64,000 nucleotides of DNA from Terricaulis sp. GTDB lineage: Bacteria > Pseudomonadota > Alphaproteobacteria > Caulobacterales > Aquidulcibacteraceae. The stretch spans positions 1,474 to 65,473 of the forward strand of contig JBGAKS010000020.1 of the NCBI GenBank assembly GCA_044224285.1, given 5' to 3'. Below the pieces are notes generated by a model, which had not been told where the DNA came from, made no database searches, and worked only from the letters and a program-made list of their open reading frames with translations. This document shows, one piece after another, positions 27,689-36,781 of the stretch. The translations under genes were made by a program, and so were the position numbers. Every line of letters starts with the position of its first letter. Within the stretch, counting starts at the first letter, position 1.

Positions 27689-29191
27689 GTGAGCGAGCCC
27701 CAAACGCACACGCAATGGTCCCTCGGATCGGCGCGCCCCTGGCTCACGCGCGAGCGGCTGACCGATTACGGGCTGGGGGCGCTGCTGCTCGTCGGGGCGG
27801 TGTGGGCGATCCTGGCTTTGCCGACCGAAATCTCAATCAATTCATTGCTCTTGATCTTCGCACCCGCGGTTACCGTTGCGGCATTTTGGCGAGGGCTTGC
27901 TCCCGGATTGGGCCTGACGGCGGTGGGCTTTGCCCTGGGGATCGGCCTTGGCGCCCAGCGCGGTTTCTCCAACGCCAGCGATGCGTGGGTTTTCGCTGTC
28001 GTCTGCGTCATTGCCTCCACGGCGGGCGCGCTTGCTGTTCGCAGGAGAGCGCAACGTGAGGCGGCCTCGCGCATTCTCGAGGAACGCGAGGCGCATTTGC
28101 GGTCGATCTTCGACACGGCGCCGGAAGCGATGATCGTCATAAACGACGCCGGCATCATCCAGTCGTACGGCGCGGCGGCGGAGAAGATGTTTGGCTGGCG
28201 CCCGAGCGAGGTCGTCGGGCGCAATATCAGCATGCTCATGCCCGAGCCCTTCCGGACGCAGCACGATGCATACCTGCAGCGCTATCTGACGACCGGTGAG
28301 AAGCGCATCATCGGCATCGGGCGCATCGTTGTCGGCGAACGTAACGACGGCTCGACCTTTCCAATGGAGCTGGCGGTTGGCGAGGTGCGCTCAGGCAATG
28401 CGCGGGTCTTCACCGGCTTCGTGCGCGATCTCACTGAGGCTCAGGAAAGCGAAGCGCGGCTGCGCGAGCTGCAGGCGGAGGTGGTGCATATCTCACGCTT
28501 GAGCGCGATGGGTGAGATGGCGTCGGCGCTGGCGCATGAACTCAATCAACCGCTGAGCGCTATCGCCAACTATCTGAACGGCGCCCGCCGGCTGCTCGAC
28601 AAGGCGCCGGAAAGGAACGCGCGCGTCGATGAGGCGATGGAAAAGGCCGCCGATCAAGCGCTAAGGGCGGGCGACATCATTCGCCGTCTACGCAATTTTC
28701 TGTCGCGCGGGGAAGGCGAGCGCACAAACGAGTCGCTGGCCAAGATTGTTCACGAGGCCTGCCACCTAGCCTTGCTTGGTTCGCGCGAAGCGGATGTCGA
28801 AGTGCACTATAGCGTCGATCCGCACCGGGACCGGGTGGTTGTGGATCGGGTCCAGATTCAGCAGGTGATCGTCAATCTGGTGCGCAACGCGCTCGACGCT
28901 ATGCACGATCAGCCGCGCCGGATGCTGAGCGTTTCCACTTCAATCAGTGACGAGATGGCGACGGTGACGATCGCCGATAGTGGGCCGGGGCTGGACCCCG
29001 TGGCCGCCGAGAAACTCTTTCAGCCGTTCGTCACCACGAAGGCGACCGGGATGGGAGTTGGGCTTTCCATTTCGCGCACCATCGTTGAGGCCCACGGAGG
29101 ACGTATTTGGACAGAACCGCCCTCGGGACAGGGCGCGACATTTCATTTTACAGTGCCGCTCGCGCACGAAGCGGAGGCCGCGGCGGAGTGA
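27689..29191 (+). CDS. fixL: oxygen-sensing haem-PAS histidine kinase FixL
   Basis: N-terminal TM helices. PAS domain with the FixL haem pocket ([44 protein letters not shown]), H-box [11 protein letters not shown] and an HATPase domain. Confidence 0.9.
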   Translation: MSEPQTHTQWSLGSARPWLTRERLTDYGLGALLLVGAVWAILALPTEISINSLLLIFAPAVTVAAFWRGLAPGLGLTAVGFALGIGLGAQRGFSNASDAWVFAVVCVIASTAGALAVRRRAQREAASRILEEREAHLRSIFDTAPEAMIVINDAGIIQSYGAAAEKMFGWRPSEVVGRNISMLMPEPFRTQHDAYLQRYLTTGEKRIIGIGRIVVGERNDGSTFPMELAVGEVRSGNARVFTGFVRDLTEAQESEARLRELQAEVVHISRLSAMGEMASALAHELNQPLSAIANYLNGARRLLDKAPERNARVDEAMEKAADQALRAGDIIRRLRNFLSRGEGERTNESLAKIVHEACHLALLGSREADVEVHYSVDPHRDRVVVDRVQIQQVIVNLVRNALDAMHDQPRRMLSVSTSISDEMATVTIADSGPGLDPVAAEKLFQPFVTTKATGMGVGLSISRTIVEAHGGRIWTEPPSGQGATFHFTVPLAHEAEAAAE

Positions 29192-29193
29192 GC

Positions 29194-29802
29194 ATGAGCG
29201 AGAACCTTCTCATTCATATTGTTGATGACGATCCGGCGGTGCGCGATTCGCTGGCGTTCGTTCTCGGCACAGCGGGCTGGGAGGTTCGCTCCTACCAGTC
29301 CGGCGCCGAACTGCTTCAGCGGGTCGGCGCGCTCGAACCGGGGCTCATTATCACCGATGTGCGCATGCCAGGCATGAGCGGGCTCGAACTGATTGAGAAG
29401 TTGAAGGACCTGGAGGTTCGCCACCCGGTCATCGTCCTGACCGGTCACGCTGATGTGTCGATGGCGGTAGAGGCGATGAAGTCCGGCGTGGTCGATTTCC
29501 TCGAAAAGCCGTTTGACGACGAAGCGTTGCTGGCGGCGGTGAAGGCAGGGGTCGCCACGCGGGCTGGGCCCGGAAAAGACCAGTCCGCACGCGAAGAAGT
29601 CCTGGCCCGGCTGACGCAGCTGACGGCCCGGGAACGGGATGTGTTCGACGCCGTCGCGACCGGCGAATCCAACAAATCGGCCGCCCAACTGCTCGGCATC
29701 AGCCCGCGCACGGTCGAGATTTACCGCGCCAACGTCATGGAGAAGATGCAGGCCCGTTCTCTAGCGGACTTGGTGCGGATGTCGCTGCTCGCCGCCGATT
29801 GA
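29194..29802 (+). CDS. fixJ: response regulator FixJ (receiver + LuxR-type HTH)
   Basis: Receiver (IVDDD...ITDVRMPGMSG...EKP) plus a LuxR HTH (TARERDVFDAVATGESNKSAAQLLGISPRTVEIYRANVMEKM). Confidence 0.9.
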   Translation: MSENLLIHIVDDDPAVRDSLAFVLGTAGWEVRSYQSGAELLQRVGALEPGLIITDVRMPGMSGLELIEKLKDLEVRHPVIVLTGHADVSMAVEAMKSGVVDFLEKPFDDEALLAAVKAGVATRAGPGKDQSAREEVLARLTQLTARERDVFDAVATGESNKSAAQLLGISPRTVEIYRANVMEKMQARSLADLVRMSLLAAD

Positions 29803-29812
29803 CCTTGATCAA
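29799..29812. promoter_or_regulatory. FixK/FNR-type box TTGACCTTGATCAA
   Basis: TTGA-N6-TCAA overlapping the fixJ stop codon. Lies 34 nt upstream of the ATG at 29846. Confidence 0.6.
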
Positions 29813-29845
29813 CGCATTGGCGCTGCGAAACGTGCACAAGGGCAT

Positions 29846-30211
29846 ATGTCCCCGGCTCCCAACGTCGTTCTGGTCGATGACGATCCGTATGTTCTGCATG
29901 CGCTTCAGTTTGCCTTCGAAACCGAAGGCTATTGCGTGCGCACCTATGCGCGCGGGGAAGAGCTGCTGGCCGCCCCACCGATCGAGCCTGAGACTTGCCT
30001 CATTATAGATGAGCGTCTGCCAGGCATTTCCGGACTGGATACGGTTGCGCGATTGCGCGCTCGCGGCGTTGCGGTTCCGGCGATACTGATCACGACCCAT
30101 CCCACGCCGAGCATGATCGCGCGCGCCGCGGCGGCGAATGTCGGGATCGTCGAAAAACCACTGATCGGTGACGTGCTCGCCAGCCGGGTTCGCGCGGCGC
30201 TCAGCGTTTAG
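29846..30211 (+). CDS. single-domain response regulator, FixT-like (Caulobacter type)
   Basis: 121-aa receiver only (VLVDDD, IIDERLPGISG, ILITTH, EKP). Lies next to fixLJ behind a FixK box. Only two Cys residues. Confidence 0.6.
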   Translation: MSPAPNVVLVDDDPYVLHALQFAFETEGYCVRTYARGEELLAAPPIEPETCLIIDERLPGISGLDTVARLRARGVAVPAILITTHPTPSMIARAAAANVGIVEKPLIGDVLASRVRAALSV

Positions 30212-30409
30212 CCGACCGCCAACGCCAGAACGGCGCGGTTCTGCACCGAGGACCGCCAATCCCAATCAGACGGGGCTGAATCGGCCCTCCCCACTGGCGA
30301 TCCGGGGCGTTCGCCGCCTCCCCTAGCGCGAACTTGGATTGCGGCTCTCTGTGGAAACCGTAATGTTCGCCCAGGCGCCCACGAGTCGGGCGGGTAGGGG
30401 AGTACCAAC

Positions 30410-31150
30410 ATGATCGTACGTTGGATGGCGGTTGGCTTTGCGGTCTGGATCGCAATCCTTCTCGCGTTCCGGTTCGTCGGGGAATGGGCGTTCCGCGAGG
30501 GTCCGTGGGGTGTGACATGGATGTTCTTGATTGTGCCTCTGGCGCTCTGGGCAATCACTCATCTTCTGCTCTTGGCGATGCGGGTCACACCGGAAGACCG
30601 CTCTGAAGCTGCGTCGATCATGGCGGTGCCGGGCCTTCTGGTCGGCATCTACGAGATCAACAGCTTTGGATTTGTCTTTCCGAATCTTGATGCTTCGCTT
30701 GCGGGCGAATTCGCGATCTTGATGTTCGCCTCCTACGCCGCCGTGATTCTTGGCGGCAGAACGACGCTGACAGTTCGCTGGATGGCTGTTGGATTTGCAT
30801 TTTGGATCGGGTTGGCTGCGGCGTTCGCCGTCTTCGGAAACCTCGCGCTTCAACCAGGCCCGGGTGGCGTATCATGGGCATTCCTCACGCTCCCCCTCGC
30901 GCTTCTCATCCTCACATACATTGTGGTGAAGATTATGGGCGTGCCGCAGAACGATCGCTCTGAAGCAGCCACGACTATGGCGGTGCCAGGCTTCCTTGTC
31001 GGCCTGTATGAGATTGATAGATTCGGAGAGCTTTTTTCCTCGGACGTCATCAATCCATCGCTCAGCAATGAGTTCGCCGCGCTGATGTTTGCTTGCTACG
31101 CTGCGGTGATCGTTGCCGGCATCGTATCTTCGCGTCTTGAGAGCATCTGA
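30410..31150 (+). CDS. hypothetical membrane protein made of two tandem homologous halves
   Basis: 246 aa. Residues 3-121 and 122-246 are clearly homologous (both start VRWMAVGFA and share DRSEAA..MAVPG.LVG.YEI..FG and EFA.LMFA.YAAVI). Confidence 0.7.
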   Translation: MIVRWMAVGFAVWIAILLAFRFVGEWAFREGPWGVTWMFLIVPLALWAITHLLLLAMRVTPEDRSEAASIMAVPGLLVGIYEINSFGFVFPNLDASLAGEFAILMFASYAAVILGGRTTLTVRWMAVGFAFWIGLAAAFAVFGNLALQPGPGGVSWAFLTLPLALLILTYIVVKIMGVPQNDRSEAATTMAVPGFLVGLYEIDRFGELFSSDVINPSLSNEFAALMFACYAAVIVAGIVSSRLESI

Positions 31151-31213
31151 ACGTCTGCATGGGTTGACGCTTAAGCATCCCTGCGCGCATGTGCGTGCAG
31201 GGATGTTGCGTTG

Positions 31214-32488
31214 ATGCAGTGGAAAAATTGGTCCGGCAGCGTTAGCGCCACGCCGCAGCAACTTGCACGGCCGAAGACTGAAGCAGAACTGGCCGGGCTG
31301 GTGGCGCAAGCACGCAAGGTGCGCGTCGTCGGCGCCGGCCATTCCTTTATGCCGCTCTGCGAGACAGATGGCGCGCTGCTCGCGCTCGATCGGCTAGAGG
31401 GCGGTCCATCTTTCAACGCCGATAAATCGCGTGTGTGGGCGCCGGCCGGCTGGAGTTTGGCGAAGCTCACGGCCGCGTTTTGGGAAGAAGGCGTTTCGCT
31501 CATCAATCAGGGTGACGTGAACCCCCAAGCGTTGGCCGGCGCGATCGGCACTGGCACGCACGGCACCGGTGCGGAACTCGGCTCGCTGTCGACGGCGGCG
31601 CGCGGTTTCCGGCTGATGATGCCGGATGGGTCGGTCGTCACATGTAGCGCAAGCGAACGGCCAGAGTTGTTTCAGGCCGCGCGATTGTCGCTAGGGCTCG
31701 TAGGTGTCGCGACGCAGATCGAGATCGATGTGCTGCCGGCCTATCACCTCGAAGAGAAGATCGAGACCTATCCGCTCGAAGATGTCGAAGCGCGCTGGGA
31801 CGACCTCGCAGCGAAGAACCGCCACGTCGAGTTTTTTGTTTTTCCGTATGGCAAATACGTCGTTCTCAAGACTCTGAACCCAGCTCCTGCCGAGGGGCCG
31901 CTGAAGCAGATGAACGATATCGACGACCGCGCGTTTCGCATCGTCTGCGATATCTGTTCGGTTGCGCCGTGGCTGACGCGGCGTTTGCAGCCCGTGATTG
32001 TCGGCGCGGGCGTGCGTCAGCGGCGCGTGGGGCCGGCCTATCAAATCTTTCCGTCCGATCGCAATGTGCGGTTCGAGGAGATGGAATACGAGCTGCCGCG
32101 TGCGAACGGCTGGGCCGCGCTGAAGGAAGCGATTGCGTGGATCCAGAAACGCAAGCTGCCCGTTACGTTTCCGTTTGAGTTTCGTCTCACAGCTGCGGAC
32201 GACATATGGCTTTCGCCGTTCAACGCTACGCCCGGCGCGTCGATTTCTATGCATCAATACGCGAAGATGCCGTGGCGGGACTTGTTCGCGCAGGCCGAAC
32301 CGATTTTCCGCGCTCATGGCGGGCGCCCGCACTGGGCCAAGCGGCACACGCTGACCGCGCGCGATGTCGATACGCTCTATCCGGACGCGGCCAAGTTCAA
32401 AGCGGTGCGCGATAGCGTCGATCCGGGCGCCAAGTTCGCTAACGCGCACCTGATGGATGTGTTCGCCATCGAGGAAAGACCGGCGTGA
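31214..32488 (+). CDS. FAD-linked oxidase of the D-arabinono-1,4-lactone / L-gulonolactone oxidase family
   Basis: N-terminal FAD-binding PCMH domain (WKNWSG...VRVVGAGHSF) and a C-terminal ALO domain with the HWAK motif (GGRPHWAKRH). The track start at 31211 is TTG; ATG is at 31214. Confidence 0.75.
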   Translation: MQWKNWSGSVSATPQQLARPKTEAELAGLVAQARKVRVVGAGHSFMPLCETDGALLALDRLEGGPSFNADKSRVWAPAGWSLAKLTAAFWEEGVSLINQGDVNPQALAGAIGTGTHGTGAELGSLSTAARGFRLMMPDGSVVTCSASERPELFQAARLSLGLVGVATQIEIDVLPAYHLEEKIETYPLEDVEARWDDLAAKNRHVEFFVFPYGKYVVLKTLNPAPAEGPLKQMNDIDDRAFRIVCDICSVAPWLTRRLQPVIVGAGVRQRRVGPAYQIFPSDRNVRFEEMEYELPRANGWAALKEAIAWIQKRKLPVTFPFEFRLTAADDIWLSPFNATPGASISMHQYAKMPWRDLFAQAEPIFRAHGGRPHWAKRHTLTARDVDTLYPDAAKFKAVRDSVDPGAKFANAHLMDVFAIEERPA

Positions 32489-33621
32489 GCGATATCGGAC
32501 TGCACAAACACCTCATCGGGCGGCAGGGGTCGCGCTTGGCGCTCAACACCCCGGTTCTGGTGATCGATCGCGACGCGCTTCAGCGCAACATAGAGGCGAT
32601 GGCGGCCTTCGCGCGGACAAAGGGTATGGCGCTGCGCCCACACGCGAAGACACACAAGAGCGTCGACATCGCCAAGCTGCAACTGGCGGCAGGGGCCGTG
32701 GGTGTTTGTTGCGCCAAGCTCGGTGAAGCGGAAGCGCTGGCCGAAGGCGGCGTGCAGAACATCCTGATCACCTCGCCCGTCGTGACGCCGCAAGCGATCG
32801 AGCGGCTGATCGCGCTCAACGGCAAGATCGGTCAGCTTCGTGTTGTTGCCGATAATCCCGACAACGTCGATGCGCTCGCCTCGGCAACGAAGGCGGCGGG
32901 AAAGGCGCTCGACGTCCTGGTGGATATCGATCCGGGCATTCGGCGCACCGGTGTAGCTACGCCGGAGGCGGCGGTGGCGCTTGCCCAGCGCATCGCTGCA
33001 GCGGAGACGCTTCGCTTCGCCGGCGTGCAGTATTATTGCGGCGCCCAGCAGCACATTGAATCATTTGCCGATCGCCGCGCCGCGATTGCGGATCGCACAG
33101 ACTATCTGCGCCGCGTGATCGAAGCGTTGTCGCGCGCGGGTTATGCGCCGGAAGTGGTTACCGGCGGCGGCACTGGCACGCACCGCATCGACGCTGAGCT
33201 TGGCGTGCTCACCGAGTTACAAGCCGGCTCGTATGTGTTTATGGACAAGCAGTACAATGACTGCGACCTGGACGGCGGCGGCGGCAAGCCGTTCGAGACA
33301 TCGCTTGTCGTCGATGCGCACGTGATCTCAGCAAATTCCGCTTCGATGGCGACTATCGATGCCGGCTTCAAAGCGCTTTCCACCGATGGCGGCTTGCCCG
33401 TCGTGATGGACGGGGCGCCTGCAGTCGCAATGTTCGTATTCATGGGCGACGAGCACGGCGCGCTGATCGCGCCCGACCACACGTTTCGTATCGGCGATCA
33501 TGTGAGCCTTGCCGTTCCGCACTGCGATCCGACGGTGAACCTCTACGACGCGTACCATGTCGTCCGCGACGGTACGCTGATCGGCATCTGGCCCGTGAGC
33601 GCGCGCGGCCGTTCGCGCTAA
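32485..33621 (+). CDS. DSD1-family PLP enzyme (D-serine dehydratase-like / D-threo-3-hydroxyaspartate or D-threonine aldolase type)
   Basis: Alanine-racemase-N fold with the PLP lysine motif RPHAKTHK and a C-terminal HCDPTVNLYD metal/substrate motif. GTGA overlap with the preceding gene. Confidence 0.75.
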   Translation: MSDIGLHKHLIGRQGSRLALNTPVLVIDRDALQRNIEAMAAFARTKGMALRPHAKTHKSVDIAKLQLAAGAVGVCCAKLGEAEALAEGGVQNILITSPVVTPQAIERLIALNGKIGQLRVVADNPDNVDALASATKAAGKALDVLVDIDPGIRRTGVATPEAAVALAQRIAAAETLRFAGVQYYCGAQQHIESFADRRAAIADRTDYLRRVIEALSRAGYAPEVVTGGGTGTHRIDAELGVLTELQAGSYVFMDKQYNDCDLDGGGGKPFETSLVVDAHVISANSASMATIDAGFKALSTDGGLPVVMDGAPAVAMFVFMGDEHGALIAPDHTFRIGDHVSLAVPHCDPTVNLYDAYHVVRDGTLIGIWPVSARGRSR

Positions 33622-33687
33622 TACGGACCGCCGGCGTCTCGCCGGCCAACTCCAGCGTATGCCGGCGAGACGCCGGCAGTCTGTATT
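33620..33687. repeat. GC-rich palindromic repeat, copy B (full length)
   Basis: AATACGGACCGCCGGCGTCTCGCCGGC - CAACTCCAGCGTAT - GCCGGCGAGACGCCGGCAGTCTGTATT. Arms are near-perfect inverted repeats. It overlaps the stop codons of both convergent genes (TAA 33619-33621 and TAA 33688-33686). Confidence 0.8.
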
Positions 33688-36600
33688 ACTCAGCTGGCGT
33701 CCGCGCGGTTGCTTCGTCGGTGTGAGCGGTCGGCTTCGGCAGGAAGCCTTGCACCCAACGTTCAAGGCGGTCGATCAACACAAACATCGCCGGCACGAAC
33801 ACCAGCGACAGCAGTGTCGAGAGCATCAGACCGCCGATAACGGCCGCGCCCATGCCTTGACGCAGCGTGCCGTCCACGCCCCAACCCGCGGCCGCGGGGA
33901 TCATGCCGCCCGACATGGCGAACGTCGTCATAATGATCGGGCGCGCGCGCTTCATGCCAGCTTCCATGAGCGCCGCGTTGCGGCTCATGCCCGCGTGCAT
34001 GCGCTCAACCGCGAAGTCGACCAAGAGAATTGAGTTCTTGGTCACAAGGCCCATGAGCATCAGCAGGCCGATGAACGCGAACAGCGAGAGCGGTTGGTTG
34101 GCGATGATGAGACCGAGGAATGCGCCGCCGATCGAGAGGGGCAGCGCCGTCATGATCGTGATCGGCTGGAAGAAGTCGCGGAACAGCAACACCAGCACAA
34201 TGTAGATCAGGATGATGCCCCACAGCATGGCGCTGCCGAAGCTCGCGGTCATTTCGGCGAAGTCTTCGGTCTGGCCGCCCGCGGCAAGACGCGCGCCAGG
34301 GCCACCCTTGGCTTCATCCAGCGCGAACACGGCGTTTTGCGCGACACTGAGCTGAGTGCCGGGGCGGACGTTGGCGCCGACAGTCACGGCGCGCTCACGA
34401 TCGCGGCGTTCAATGGTTGCTTCGCCGAGTGAGAATTGCACGTCAGCTACGGCGTCAATGCGAACCGGCGCGCCAAGCGATGATTGCACCGGCAAGGACC
34501 GCAACGCGTCGAGATCGCTGCGTTGATCCGGCCGCATCGTCACGCGGATCGGAATCTGGCGATCGGCGAGATCGAACTTGGGAAGATTCTGTTCGGCGTC
34601 GCCGCTGGTCGCGATCCGGATGGCGGAGGCGAGGGCAGCCGATGTCACGCCCAGCCGCGCCATATCTTCCTGACGCGGGTGCACCTGAATTTCAGGACGC
34701 CGCAGCGCCGATGTCGAGCGCACGTCCGCTAATTCCGGCATGCGGCCCATGGCGGCGGCCAAGCGATCGGCGGCGGCATTCACGGCGACTGGGTCTTGGC
34801 CGACGAATTGAACGGTAATGTCGGATCCCGACTGGCCGCCCTGGTCCTGTACGAACGCAGCGCGGTAGTCTGGGAATTCGGAAAGGATCGGCCGCATTTC
34901 CTGTTGGATCGCGTACGATGAACGGTTGCGTTCGTCGCGCTGCGTCAGTTGGATGTACATGTTCGCATCGGGCGCCGAGCCGTCGGCGCCGTTCATCGAC
35001 GTGAACACGCCGATCACTTCGGGATTCTCGCGGATGCGCTGGCTCATGCGCTGCAGCACGCGATCGGCTTCGATCACAGGCGTGCCCGGCGGAATTTCGA
35101 CACGAGCCTGGATCATGCCGTTGTCAAAGCGCGGGATGACGACAGCTGGAATCGCGCCCGCGAACAACAGGCCGAGCGGCACGATAAAGATCGCAAGCCC
35201 CAAGCCAATGGTCTTCCACGGGTTGCGGATCGACCAGCTCAGAGCGTCGTGATAGGCATCGGTGAAGACGCCGGGCTTGGCTTCGCCCTCGTGGCCCTCG
35301 TTCTTCAAGAAGAACGCGGCCATCATTGGCGTGATCAGGCGCGCGACGATGAGCGAGAAGAACGCCGCCATCGCGACTGTCAGCCCGAATTCCTTGAAGA
35401 AGACACCCATGCCTCCTTCCATGAAGCTGACAGGCACGAACACCGCGATGATGGCGCCGGTGGTCGCTACGACCGCGAGACCGATTTCATCGGCGGCTTC
35501 CAGCGCGGCCGCATAGGCCGACTTGCCCATGCGCATATGACGGATGATGTTCTCGATCTCGACAATCGCGTCATCGACCAGAACACCCGTGACGAGCGCC
35601 AGTGCGATCAACGTCACCATGTTGAGGGTGAAGCCCAGTATCTCGATGCCGGCGAAGGTCGGGAAAATGGAGAGCGGAATCGCGGCTGCGGCAATCAATG
35701 TCGCGCGCCAGTCTCGTAGGATCAGGAACACGACAAGGCATGCGAGCAACGCGCCCTCGATCAGCGCATGAATCGAACTCTCATGCATGCCTCGGATGAA
35801 ATCGACGGTGGATGCAATCTCCGTGATGTGAAGCTGCGGGCGCTGCTCTTCGATCTCGCGGATTTGTGCGTCCATGCGGTCGAACACTTGAACTTCAGAG
35901 GCGCCGCGCGAACGCTGCACCATGAAGCCGACCACGGGTTGGCCATTGTAGCGCGAGATCGAATTTAGATCGCTGGAGCTATCGGTTACGCTGCCGAGGT
36001 CCGCCAAGCGCACCGTTTCGCCATTGGCCGCGGTGATGCGGAGGTTTTCGAGTTCAGCGACCGATTGCGCGCCGCCCAGCGTGCGGATCGACTGCGCCTG
36101 ACCGGAAACCTGCGCCTGACCGCCTGGCAGGTCGGCGTTAATAGAGCGAAGTTGCGCGCTTACGCGGTCGGCCGAGACGCCATAGGCCAGCATCCGGGCG
36201 GGATCGAGCTCAACGCGGATTTCGCGATCGACGCCGCCAAGGCGCGTGACAGCGCTGACGCCAGGCACCGCAAGCAATTCGCGCTGCAGATCGTTATCGA
36301 TGAACCAGGAAATATCCTGGGGCGTCATGCCTTCGCCTTCGACGGCGTAATAGCCAATCGGCTGGCTCGCCGCGTCGATGCGTTGAACGACCGGTTCGGT
36401 AATATCGGCCGGAAGATCGGAGCGTATGCGTTGGATAGCATCGCGCGCGTCATCGACAGCACGGCCAAGATCGCCGTCGCTCTCCATCTCGACCATGGTT
36501 TGCGAGACGCCGGGCGAGATCGTCGAGGTGATCCGCTTCACGCCCTCGACGGATGTCAGCGCCGCCTCGATGCGCTGCGTAATCTGCGTTTCCATTTCCG

Positions 36601-36775
36601 CAGGGGCGGCGCCGGGCTGCGCGACGACAACGCTGAAGCCGCCGAAGTCGACGTTCGGAAGTTGGTTGATCGGCAAGCGACCGTAGGCGGTCCACCCTGC
36701 GAACAGCAGCGCGAGAATGAGCAGGATTGGCGGGATCGGGTTGCGGATCGCACCGGCGGAGATGTTCCAAGCCAT
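33686..36775 (-). CDS. RND efflux transporter, inner-membrane permease (AcrB family)
   Basis: 1029 aa with 12-TM/2-loop architecture. N-terminus MAWNISAGAIRNPIPPILL. Confidence 0.95.
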   Translation of the reverse strand: MAWNISAGAIRNPIPPILLILALLFAGWTAYGRLPINQLPNVDFGGFSVVVAQPGAAPAEMETQITQRIEAALTSVEGVKRITSTISPGVSQTMVEMESDGDLGRAVDDARDAIQRIRSDLPADITEPVVQRIDAASQPIGYYAVEGEGMTPQDISWFIDNDLQRELLAVPGVSAVTRLGGVDREIRVELDPARMLAYGVSADRVSAQLRSINADLPGGQAQVSGQAQSIRTLGGAQSVAELENLRITAANGETVRLADLGSVTDSSSDLNSISRYNGQPVVGFMVQRSRGASEVQVFDRMDAQIREIEEQRPQLHITEIASTVDFIRGMHESSIHALIEGALLACLVVFLILRDWRATLIAAAAIPLSIFPTFAGIEILGFTLNMVTLIALALVTGVLVDDAIVEIENIIRHMRMGKSAYAAALEAADEIGLAVVATTGAIIAVFVPVSFMEGGMGVFFKEFGLTVAMAAFFSLIVARLITPMMAAFFLKNEGHEGEAKPGVFTDAYHDALSWSIRNPWKTIGLGLAIFIVPLGLLFAGAIPAVVIPRFDNGMIQARVEIPPGTPVIEADRVLQRMSQRIRENPEVIGVFTSMNGADGSAPDANMYIQLTQRDERNRSSYAIQQEMRPILSEFPDYRAAFVQDQGGQSGSDITVQFVGQDPVAVNAAADRLAAAMGRMPELADVRSTSALRRPEIQVHPRQEDMARLGVTSAALASAIRIATSGDAEQNLPKFDLADRQIPIRVTMRPDQRSDLDALRSLPVQSSLGAPVRIDAVADVQFSLGEATIERRDRERAVTVGANVRPGTQLSVAQNAVFALDEAKGGPGARLAAGGQTEDFAEMTASFGSAMLWGIILIYIVLVLLFRDFFQPITIMTALPLSIGGAFLGLIIANQPLSLFAFIGLLMLMGLVTKNSILLVDFAVERMHAGMSRNAALMEAGMKRARPIIMTTFAMSGGMIPAAAGWGVDGTLRQGMGAAVIGGLMLSTLLSLVFVPAMFVLIDRLERWVQGFLPKPTAHTDEATARTPAE

Positions 36776-36781
36776 GAGCGA

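Noticed and set aside
31176-31205. Hairpin CATCCCTGC-N12-GCAGGGATG after the duplicated membrane protein gene, considered as a terminator
   Set aside because: There is no T-tract after the stem, and it ends 8 nt before the next start codon. It could equally be a regulatory or RNA-stability structure, so it is not listed as a feature.
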